Shown piece by piece: positions 39,601 to 51,400 of a DNA stretch of 64,000 nucleotides (position 1 is the stretch's first letter; each line of letters starts with the position of its first letter). Origin of the DNA: Antedon mediterranea (lineage: Eukaryota > Animalia > Echinodermata); NCBI RefSeq assembly GCF_964355755.1, contig NC_092676.1, forward strand, positions 12,030,671 through 12,094,670, written 5' to 3'. The notes under the pieces are model-generated. The model worked only from the letters and a program-made list of their open reading frames with translations, was not told where the DNA came from and did no database searches. The translations under genes were made by a program, and so were the position numbers.

Positions 39601-42600
39601 TGATTCGATAAATACAACTCATCTACTTCCAGAATATGTAATTTAAAAAAAGTTCACCGCGTAGTTTAGAATTTATGACTGTTTAAAAAAAGGCATAATT
39701 TTTACGAATTTCTGAACTTTTTTTTTAAAATGCGCGCAAATTGTCAAATTCTAAGTGCTCGTATGAGGTGATATTAAGTCGAAATTGTATAAAAATTGGT
39801 AAAATTACTAGAAAAGACTGGAAAAACAAAAATCAAGCAAAAAAAAATTGTTTTTGCACTACGTGCGCACGCGCGCGTAAAAAAGTGCGCATGCCTGGCA
39901 ATTTTTGAAATGCTCAAAATGACATGAAACGCGTAGAAAGTTGATTAGAAGTTGATTTTTTGCATTTTGAAATTTTAAACGCGCGTGCGCACGTAACTTT
40001 TAGGGCAATCTGCCATTTTTAATCCATAGAAAGTTTGCGCTTGATATGACTTAAATTTTCACCAAGTTTCAATACAAAATGACTTTTGGTTTTTAATCTA
40101 TGATCAATCATTGAAATTCATAAAATTGCGCGTAACTTACGCTGCGCGACTCAAAATTCATAAAAAAAAGTTTCTTGCACATCTACAGCAGAAGGGCAAT
40201 CTTTTGCCAAAGTTATACAATCATATGTTTGCCAGAATTAGAGATAGGCTGCGAACAAAATTCGTGGAAAGAAAGAAGAATAAAGAAAAAAAAAAAAAAA
40301 AAAAAAAAAGATCCTTACAATAACAAGGGGTTATCCGCCAAGTGCGGATAACCAACTAGATTTGAACTCGTCACTACGGACGAGTTAGGTTATCCGCATC
40401 GCAAAAGCCACGCGCACGCCACACGTCAGAATATTGCCTGCAGAAAAACGATTATGCCATTGAAAAAAAAATTAGTGCGCTCTCTATTTTGCGTCACGTA
40501 TAAGTATATACGGTATACGCTATATACTGTATAGGTACTACATACAGTGCAGAATAGGTGAAAATAAGTGACCAAAGTTACTGACGCTTTTGCACATGAT
40601 GACGTCATAGAAATTTCAAAAAATGTGAATCATGCGAAAGATAATTGATTGACCTAGACAATATAAAAAAATGGAGGGAAATGGAATACGGATAAGTGGA
40701 GATGCGCTTTATTAAATGTGACGAGCTATGACGAAAGAGAAAAAAATCCTATATTTTATATTCGAGTGGCCATACGATGACGTCATAATGTTCGGTTAGC
40801 CATATTAATGCATGATTCGATAAATACAACTCATCTACTTCCAGAATATGTAATTTAAAAAAAGTTCACCACGTAGTTTAGAATTTATTACTGTTTAAAA
40901 AAAGGCATAATTTTGACGAATTTCTTAACTTTTTTTTCAAAAATTCGCGCAAATTTTCAAATTCTACGTGCTCGTATGACGTGATATTAAGTCGAAATTG
41001 TTTGAAAGCTGGTAAATTTTCTAAAAAAGACAGGAAAAACAAAAATCAATCAAAAAAATGATGTTTTTGCGCTACGTGCGCACGTGCGCGTAAAAAAATT
41101 GCGCACGCGTGGGAATTTTTGAAATGCTCAAAATGACATGAAACGCGTAGAAAGTTGATTAGATATTAATTTTTCGCATTTTAAAATTTTAAATACGCGT
41201 GCGCGCGTAACTTTTTATGAAACATGCCATTTTTAATCCATAGAAACTTTGCGCATTATATGACTTAAATTTTCACAAAGTTTCAATACAAAACGACTTT
41301 TAGTTTTTATTCTATGATCAATCATTGAAATTCACAAAATCGCGCGTAACTTACGCTGCGCGACTCGAAATTTGAAAAAAAAAGTTTCTTGCACATCTAC
41401 AGCTACAGGGCAATCTTTTGACAAAGTTATACAATCATATGTTGGCCAGAATTAGAGATAGGCTGCGCACAAAAAATGGGGGAGAAGGATGTAAGGAAAG
41501 AAATAAATACTAGATTTGAACTCGTCACTACGGACGAGTTAGGTTATCCGCGGCGCAAAAGCCACGCGCATGACACCTAAGTTAGAATATTGCGCGCAGA
41601 AAAACGATTATACCATTGAAAAAATGTTAGTGAGCCCTCTATTTTGCGTCGCGTCTAAGTGTGCACGGTATACACTATATACTGTATACGTACTACATAA
41701 AGTGCAGAATAGGTGAAAATAAGTGACCAAAGTTGTTGACGATTTTGCAAATGATGACGTTATAACAGTCTTAAAAATTGTTAACCATGCGAAAGATAAT
41801 TGATTGACCTAGACAATATAAAAAAATTGAGGGAAATGGAATACGGATAAGTAGAGATGCGCTCTATTAAATGTGACCAGCTATGACGAAAGAGAAAAAA
41901 CTCCTATATTTTATATTCGAGTGGCCATACGATGACGTCATAATGCTTGGTTAGCCATATTAATGCATGATTCGATAAAAACAACTCATCTACTTCCAGA
42001 ATATGTAATTTAAAAAAAGTTCACCGCGTAGTTTAGAATTTATGACTGTTTAAAAAAAGGCATAATTTTGACGAATTTCTGAACTTTTTTTTAAAAATGC
42101 GCGCAAATTGTCAAATTTTAAGTGCTCGTATGAGGTGATATTAAGTCGAAATTGTATAAAAATTGGTAAAATTACTAGAAAATACTGGAAAAACAAAAAT
42201 CAAGCAAAAAAAAATTGTTTTTGCGCTACGTGCGCACGCGCGCGTAAAAAAAGTGCGCATGCCTGGCAATTTTTGAAATGCTCAAAATGACATGAAACGC
42301 GTAGAAAGTTGATTAGAAGTTGATTTTTTGCATTTTGAAATTTTAAACGTGCGTGCGCACGTAACTTTTAGCGCAATCTGCCATTTTTAATCCATAGAAA
42401 GTTTGCGCTTGATATGACTTAAATTTTCACCAAGTTTCAATACAAAATGACTTTTGGTTTTTAATCTATGATCAATCATTGAAATTCATAAAATTGCGCG
42501 TAACTTACGCTGCGCGACTCAAAATTCATAAAAAAAAGTTTCTTGCACATCTACAGCAACAGGGCAATATTTTTCCAAAGTTATACAATCATATGTTGGC

Positions 42601-45600
42601 CAGAATTAGAGATAGGCTGCGAACAAAATTCGTGGAAAGAAAGAAGAATAAAGAAAAAAAAAAAAAAAAAAAAAAAAGATCCTTACAATAACAAGGGGTT
42701 ATCCGCCAAGTGCGGATAACCAACTAGATTTGAACTCGTCACTACGGACGAGTTAGGTTATCCGCAGAGCAAAAGCCACGTGCACGTCATACGTTAGAAT
42801 ATTGCGCAGAGAAAAACATTATGCCATTGAAAAAATGTTAGTGCGCTCTCTATTTTACGTCACGTCTAAGTATACACAGTATACACTATATATTGTATAC
42901 GTACTACATACAGTGAAGAATATGTGAAAATAAGTGGCCCAAGTTATTGACGCTTTTGGACATGATGACGTCATCATAATTTTAAAAACGGTATATCATG
43001 CGAAAGATAATTGATTGGCATAGACAATATACAAAAATGGGTGGAAATGGAATTGGGATAAGTGGAGATGCGCTCTATTAAATGTGATGAGCTATGACGA
43101 AAGAGACAAAAATCCTATATTTTATATTTGAGTGGCCATACGATGACGTCACTATGTCCTGTTAGCCATATCGATGCATGATTCGATATCTAAAACTAAT
43201 CAACTTCCAGAATATGTAATTTTAAAAAAGTTCACCACGTAGTTTACAATCTATGACTGTTTTAAAAAAGGCATAATTTTGACGAATTTTTGACCTTTTT
43301 CATCAAAAACGCGCGCAAATTGTTCAATTCTACGTGCTCGTATGACGTGATTTTAATTCAAAATTGATTGAAAATTGGTAAATTTACTAGAAAAGGCTGA
43401 AAAAACAAAAATCAAGCAAAAAAAAGATGTTTTTGCGCTAAGTGCGCACGCGCGCGTAAAAAAACTGCGCATGCGTGGGAATTTTTGAAATGTTCAAAAT
43501 GACCTGAAACGCGTAGAAAGTTGATTAGAAATTGATTTTACGCATTTTGAAATTTTAAACGCGCGTGCGCGCGTAACTTTCTGTCCAACATGCAATTTTT
43601 AATCCATAGAAAGTTTGCGCTTGATATGACTTAAGTTTTCACCAAGTTTCAATACAAAATGACTTTTGGTTTTTATTCTATGATCAATCATTGAAATTCA
43701 TAAAATCGCGCGTAACTTACGCTGCGCAACACGGACGTGACCGAAAACCTTATTACGACATCTTCAAATAGAGGTTAATCTTCTGATAAAGTTATAAAAT
43801 GTTATGTTAAGAAGATTTAGAGATACACTAGCAACAAAATTTGTGGAAAGAAAGAAGAAAATAGAAAAAAAAGAAAAACTAGATTTGAACTCGTCACTAC
43901 GGACGAGTTAGGTTATCCGCAGCGCAAAGGCCACGCGCACGTCATACGTTAAAATATTGCGCGCAGAAAAACGATTAAGTCATTGAAACAATTTCAGTGC
44001 GCTCTCTATTTTTCGTCACGTCTGAGTATATACGGTATACACTATATACTGTATACGTACTACATACAGTGCAGAATAGGTGAAAATAAGTGACCAAAGT
44101 TATTGACGCTTTTGAACATGATGACGTCATCACAATTTTGAAAATGGTGAATCGTCCGAAAGATAATTGATAGAGCTAGACAACATAAAAAAATGGGGGG
44201 AAATGAAATACAAATAAGTGGAGATGCGCTATATTAAATGTGACGAGCTACGAGGAAAGAGACAAAAATCATTTATTTTATATTCGAGTGGTCATACGAT
44301 AACGTCACAATGTCCGGTTCGCCATATTGATGCATGATTTGATATCTGCAACTAATCTACTAACAGAATATGTAATTATAAAAAAGTTCACCACGTAGTT
44401 TAGAATCTATGATTGTTTAAAAAAAGGCATAATTTTGACAAATTTTTGAACTTTTTCATCAAAAATGCGCGTAAATTGTTTAATTCTACGTGCTCGTATG
44501 ACGTGATTTTAAGTCGAAATTGTTTGAAAGTTGGTAAATTTTCTAAAAAAGACAGGAAAAACAAAAATCAAGCAAAAAAATGATGTTTTTGCGCTACGTG
44601 CGCACGTGCGCGTAAAAAAATTGCGCACGCGTGGGAATTTTTGAAATGCTCAAAATGACATGAAACGCGTAGAAAGTTGATTAGAAATTGATTTTTCCCA
44701 TTTTGAAATTTTAAACGCGCGTGCGCGCGTAACTTTCTGTGAAACATGCCATTTTCTCTCCATAGAAAGTTAGCGCATGATATAAATTAAACTTTTGCCA
44801 AGTTTCAATTTAAATGGTTTAATAGTTTTCGATCTAAATTAAATACGCGAAATTCATAAAATCGCGCGTAACTTACGCTGCGCAACTCAAACGGTACCGA
44901 AAACCTTATTACGACATATTCAGATAGAGATCAATCTTCTGATAAAGTTACAAAATGTTATGTTGAGAAGATTTAGAGATATACGCGCAACAAAATTCTG
45001 GGAAAGAAAGAAGAATAAGAAAGAAAAAAAAAAAAGATCCTGACAATAACAAGAGGTTATCCGCCAAGTGCGGATAACCAATAAAAAAAAAAAAAAAAAA
45101 GATCCTGACAATAACAAGGGGTTATCCGCCAAGTGCGGATAACCAACTAGATTTGAACTCGTCACTACGGACGAGTTAGGTTATCCGCAGTGCAAAAGCC
45201 ACGTGCACGTCATACGTTAGAATAGTGCGCGCAAAAAAATAAAACGATTATGGCATTGAAAAATGTTAGTGCGCTCTCTATGTTGCGTCGCGTCTAAGTA
45301 TATACGGTATAACACTATATACTGTATACGTACTACATACAGTGCAGAATAGGTGAAAATAAGTGACCAAAGTTATTGACGCATTTGAACATGATGACGT
45401 CATCACAATTTTTAAAATGGTGGATCATGCGAAAGGTAATTGATTGATCTAGACAATATAAAAAAATTGAGTGAAATGGAATAAGGATAAGTAGAGATGC
45501 GCTCTATTAAATTGACGAGCTATGACGAAAGAGAAAAAAATCCTATATTTTATATTCGGGTGGCCATACGATGACGTCACAATGTCTGGTTAGCCATATC

Positions 45601-46435
45601 AATGCATGATTCGAGAAAAACAACTCATCTACTTCCAGAATCTGAAATTTTAAATATTTTCACCTCGGAGTTTAGAATCTATGACTGTTTTAAAAAAGGC
45701 ATAATTTTGACGAATTTTTGAACTTTTTCTTCAAAAACGCGCGCAAATTGTTCAATTCTACGTGCTCGTATGACGTGATTTTAAGTCGAAATTGATTGAA
45801 AATTGCTAAATGTACTAGAAAAGGCTGAAAAAAACAAAAATCAAGCAAAAAAAAGATGTTTTTGCGCTACGTGCGCACGCGCGCGTAAAAAATATGCGCA
45901 CGCGTGGGAATTTTTGAAATGCTCAAAATGACCTGAAACGCGTAGAAAGTTGATTAGAAATGAATTTTTCGCAATTTGAAATTTTAAACGCGCGTGCGCT
46001 CGTAACTTTATGTCAAACATGCCATTTTTAATCCATAGAAAGTTTGCCCTTGATATGACTTAAATGTTCACTAAGTGTCATTACAAAATGACTTTTGCTT
46101 TTTAGTCTATGTTAAATACGCGAAATTCATAAAATCGCGCGTAGCTTACGCTGCGCGACTCTAAAGTAAAAAAACGAGCTGTCCTGCACTTCTACACATA
46201 GAGGTAAATCTTCTGACAAAGTTATACGATGTAATGTTGATCAGAATTTGAGATACACGTGACACAAAATTTTGGGAAAGAAAGAAGAATAACATAGAAA
46301 AAAAAAAAAAAAAACTAGATTTGAACTCGTCACTACGGACGAGTTAGGTTATCCGCAGCGCACGTCATACGTTAGAATATTGCGCACAGAAAAACGATTA
46401 TGCCATCCATTGAAAAAATGTTTATGCGCTCTCTA
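24322..46435 (-). mobile_element. Array of 18 near-complete HINE-A copies plus one 3' fragment, all on the minus strand
   Basis: Units begin on the plus strand with actagatttgaactcgtcac (or a close variant) at 24322, 25484, 26638, 27856, 29090, 30321, 31541, 32710, 33856, 35488, 36838, 37990, 39142, 40355, 41509, 42723, 43878, 45146 and 46314. Each is a reverse-complement homolog of 22616-23827. Confidence 0.93.
33856..35423 (-). mobile_element. Long chimeric HINE-A copy (1.57 kb) with a divergent 3' segment
   Basis: 33856-~34420 is a visibly diverged homolog of the element's 3' part with variant hairpin AACTCGTCA-ctt-TGACGAGTT; near-canonical sequence restarts at tgaaaataagtgacc (~34423). 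Confidence 0.8.
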
Positions 46436-46754
46436 CTTTTATGGTGAAAGTGTGGTGAATTGTGTCTGGGGCCTACAGCATTTATGTTACTTTTGGCGAC
46501 GATTGCGTGCCATATTAGTAAAGAACAACGTGGTTACACCTCCATGTTGGATTTGTAATATTATAGCCTAGTATTGCTCCCGATATTGCTTTGCAATTTT
46601 ATATTGTTAAAACGAACATATAGCCTATATTAAAAAAGTTTAAACACAATTGTGTTAAATATAATAGTTAGAAATAGGTAAGATATATTTTGATTAATTT
46701 GGATTGTTGATTTGTAATATTTAATTGTTTTTGTGTTTGCCATCAAAATGAAAT

Positions 46755-47102
46755 GGCCTAGCCTAGGCCCTAGCTAGGCTAGGCCTAGCTAGGTTAGGCC
46801 TAGCCGTGTCCCGGATTACCTCTTCAGGAAGGCCTAGACCTAGCCTAGCCTAGGTTTAGTTGTACAGTACTGTAGTAGAGGCATAGTGACGCTAGCCTAG
46901 TTCCATTTTGCATCTGGCTTATAACTATATATTAATTCCTAATTTGTTAACAAACTTTATCTTGAATACCCATGCCTTAAAATTAAATACCGGTATAATA
47001 TAGCCTACTCTACTTAGCATTGTTAGCAAGCTGAGTCTGCTTTTTGCGAAGTTCTCTTCTATGCCTACTAGCCTAGGCCTCCTAGGTAGGGGCTAGGCCT
47101 AG
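46755..47102. repeat. Degenerate (TAGCC/GGCTA/TAGGCC)n low-complexity clusters
   Basis: ggcctagcctaggcccctagctaggctaggcctagctagg...; similar clusters occur in the spacer at ~16160-16192 and ~24260-24292. Confidence 0.7.
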
Positions 47103-47590
47103 TTTTTAGTTGTATCAGTTCCTAAAGAGTTGGAAGAGATACATGTACAGTAATAACATTATTGTTTCTACAGTACTTCATAATCTCTAGAATATCGTAA
47201 ATAGTGAACATAAAATAAATAATTTGTAGAGATGATTTATGGTCTCATGATTGGGAGTGAAGTGTTGCCTGTTATTTTGTAGGCATTTATACTATTATGA
47301 AACATTTACATAATTCAAATTTTATTGTTTGTGATCAAACTATTAAATGAAATTACCATTGAGACAACATGTCGGCCCCAATTAGCTGGCCCATAGCCAA
47401 AGTCATTTTAAGGAAATTTCCTAATTTTTCAGACATTGATTAAGAAGCTTGTTGATTTGGAAAAAGTGTTAATGTTGTTTATTGCCATTATCAATGTTTT
47501 TCCTTGTATTTTTTAGATTGTAATTGTTTTTTTAATTGTTTTTTATTAACAGAAGATTTACAGTTTCAGCTACAGCTGTGAGTATTAGTA

Positions 47591-48429
47591 GGGCAATTCC
47601 ACAATTTTTTGGGGGATTTTAAAAATGTTCAACTTTTAGCAGTCTTAACATGTTTGATATCAAACTAAAGCTAATGTTATATACTTTCAGGATATTTAAG
47701 TGGTAAAAAAAAAAAGAGATATATACAGACATATTTCCATTTAAAATAATGATATTTAGAAAACTTAAAAAATAAAACAATATGAGGTTTACTTAAATCC
47801 TATAACAGACAACTAAATCCTAATTTATACATGTCATTTCTTTTTAGAATTAAAGAACTAAATATATTGTTTGAGATTTTGTTTAAAAAAATTGAATTAA
47901 TCAACATAGAAATATTAAGGAGGGGCCAACATAATTATTAATAATTTTGTCGGGTTGTTACCAAAAAACATTTGTTTAATTTAAGAACCATGTACCTTCT
48001 AGACAATTATAATATTTTCCAAACTATTAAAAATTATAGCTTTACATACACTCATGAGGTTACTTTTTTTTAAAACCTTATTTTTACATTTTTATATGAT
48101 ATTAAAAAGTGTCTGGTTGTTACCGAGTTGGTCACAGACTGACATGTCAGTCTGTGACCAGTGTTATTACAGTAAGCTAAACCAGCATTTTTACAGTAAA
48201 ATTTATTTCAATATGCTTTAAAATCAATAATCAAAATATATAGTATATAGTTTTAAAAAATTGAATTAATCAACATAGAAATATTAGAGAGGGACCAACA
48301 TTTATTAATGATTTTGTCGGGTTGTTACCGAAAAACAACATTTATTTTTAAATTTAAGAACCATGCACCTTCTTGACAATTATAATATTTTCCAAACTAT
48401 TACAAATTATAGTATTACATATACTCATG
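47591..48429. other. ~840 bp unrelated insert with a ~175 bp internal direct repeat (possible DNA-transposon fragment)
   Basis: Starts gggcaattccac right after gtgagtattagta; ~47883-48058 is repeated at ~48253-48429; ggttgttacc occurs three times. Confidence 0.5.
48129..48160. repeat. Perfect 32 bp palindrome
   Basis: TGGTCACAGACTGACATGTCAGTCTGTGACCA equals its own reverse complement. Confidence 0.95.
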
Positions 48430-51400
48430 AAAAAATGTTAATGTTGTTTATTGCCATTATCAATGTTTTTCCTTGTTTTTTTTAGATTGTAGGAAATATA
48501 CAGTTTCAGCTACAGCTGTGAGTATTAGTAGATTATCTGTTAAACAGAGAAAACATATTTTCCTTACTTTGTGAACTGTTGCCTGCCCTAATCAACCGTT
48601 TCATACCCAAAGTCATTTTGAGGAAATTTCTTAATTTTTCAGACATTGATTAAGAAGCGTGTTGATTTGGAAAAAGTGTTAATGTTGTTTATTACCATTA
48701 TCAATGTTTTTCCTTGTTTTTTTTAGATTGTAGAAAATATAGAGTTTCAGCTACAGCTGTGAGTATCAGTAGATTATCTGTTAAACGGAGAAAACATAAT
48801 TTCCTTACTTTGTGAACTGTTGCCTGCCCTAATCAGCCGTCTCATACCCAAAGTCATTTTGAGGAAATTTCTTAATTTTTCAGACATTGATTAAAAAGCT
48901 TGTTGATTTGGAAAAAGTGTTAATGTTGTTTATTACCATTATCAATGTTTTTCCTTGTTTTTTTTTAGATTGTAGAAAATATACAGTTTGAGCTACAGCT
49001 GTGAGTATTAGTAGATTATCTGTTAAACGGAGAAAACATATTTTCCTTACTTTGTGAACTGTTGCCTGTTATTTTGTAGACATTTTGTATTATGAAACAT
49101 TTACATAATTCAGATTTTATTGTTTGTGATCAAACAATTAAATGAAATTACCATTGAGACAACATGTAGGCCGCAATCAGCCGGCCCATACCCAAAGTCA
49201 TTTTGAGGAAATTTCTTAATTTTTCAGACATTGATTAAGAAGCATGTTGATTTGGAAAAAGTGTTAATGTTGTTTTATTACCATTATCAATGTTTTTCCT
49301 TGTTTTTTTTTAGATTGTAGAAAATATACAGTTTCAGCTACAGCTGTGAGTATCAGTAGATTATTTGTTTAACGGAGAAAACATATTTTCCTTACTTTGT
49401 GAACTGTTGCCTGCCCTAATCAGCCGTCTCATACCCAAAGTCATTTTGAGGAAATTTCCTAATTTTTCAGACATTGATTAAGAAGCTTGTTGATTTGGAA
49501 AAAGTGTTAATGTTGTTTATCGCCATTATCAATGTTTTTCCTTGTTTTTTTTTAGATTGTAGAAAATATACAGTTTCACCTACAGCTGTGAGTATTAGTA
49601 GATTATCTGTTAAACGGAGAAAACATATTTTCCTTACTTTGTGAACTGTTGCCTGTTATTTTGTAGACATTTTCTATTATGAAAAATTTACGTAATTCAG
49701 ATTTTATTGTTTGTGATCAAACAATTAAATGAAATTACCATTGAGACAACATGTAGGCCGCAATCAGCCGGCCCATACCCAAAGTCATTTTGAGGAAATT
49801 TCCTAATTTTTCAGACCTCGATTAAGAAGCATGTTGATTTGGAAAAAGTGTTAATGTTGTTTATTGCCATTATCAATGTTTTTCCTTGTTTTTTTTAGAT
49901 TGTAGAAAATATACAGTGTTAGCTACAGCTGTGAGTATTAGTAGATTATCTGTTAAACGGAGAAAACATATTTTCCTTACTTTGTGAACTGTTGCCTGTT
50001 ATTTTGTAGACATTTTCTATTATGAAAAATTTACGTAATTCAGATTTTATTGTTTGTGATCAAACAATTAAATGAAATTACCATTGAGACAACATGTAGG
50101 CCGCAATCAGCCGTCTCATACCCAAAGTCATTTTGAGGAAATTTCCTAATTTTTCAGACATCGATTAAGAAGCATGTTGATTTGGAAAAAGTGTTAATGT
50201 TGTTTATTGCTATTATCAATGTTTTTCATTGTTTTTTTTAGATTGTAGAAAATTAACAGTTTCAGCTACAGCTGTGAGTATTAGTAGATTATCTGTTAAA
50301 CGGAGAAAACATATTTTCCTTACTTTGTGAACTGTTGCCTGTTATTTTGTAGGCATTTTATATTATGAAACATTTAAATAATTCAGATTTTATGGTTTTT
50401 GAATAAGATATTAAATGAAAGTAGTATTGAGACAACATGTAGACCCCAATCAGCCGGCCCATACCCAAAGTTATTTTGAGGAAATTTCTTAATTTTTCAG
50501 ACATTGATTAAGAAGCATGTTGATTTAGCAAAAGGGTTAATGTTGTTTATTGCCATTATCAATGTTTTTCCTTGTTTTTTTTTAGGTTGTAGAAAATTAA
50601 CAGTTTCAGCTACAGCTGTGAGTATTAGTAGATTATCTGTTAAACGGAGAAAACATATTTTCCTTACTTTTTGAACTGTTGCCTGTTATTTTGTAGGCAT
50701 TTTATATTATGAAACATTTACATAATTCAGATTTTATGGTTTGTGAATAAGATATTAAATGAAAGTAGTATTGAGACAACATGTAGACCCCAATCAGCCG
50801 GCCCATACCCAAAGTTATTTTGAGGAAATTTCTTAATTTTTCAGACATTGATTAAGAAGCATGTTGATTTAGGAAAAGGGTTAATGTTGTTTATTGCTAT
50901 TATCAATGTTTTTCATTGTTTTTTTTAGATTGTAGAAAATTAACAGTTTCAGCTACAGCTGTGAGTATTAGTAGATTATCTGTTAAACGGAGAAAACATA
51001 TTTTCCTTACTTTGTGAACTGTTGCCTGTTATTTTGTAGGCATTTTATATTATGAAACATTTAAATAATTCAGATTTTATGGTTTTTGAATAAGATATTA
51101 AATGAAAGTAGTATTGAGACAACATGTAGACCCCAATCAGCCGGCCCATACCCAAAGTTATTTTGAGGAAATTTCTTAATTTTTCAGACATTGATTAAGA
51201 AGCATGTTGATTTAGCAAAAGGGTTAATGTTGTTTATTGCCATTATCAATGTTTTTCCTTGTTTTTTTTTAGGTTGTAGAAAATTAACAGTTTCAGCTAC
51301 AGCTGTGAGTATTAGTAGATTATCTGTTAAACGGAGAAAACATATTTTCCTTACTTTTTGAACTGTTGCCTGTTATTTTGTAGGCATTTTATATTATGAA

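Noticed and set aside
22619-45165. Recurrent ORFs MKFIKSRVTYAARLK... and MVIRTWRITPC... in HINE-A
   Set aside because: Mostly non-ATG starts, poly-Lys/Phe from A/T runs, frames not conserved between copies, no domain motifs.
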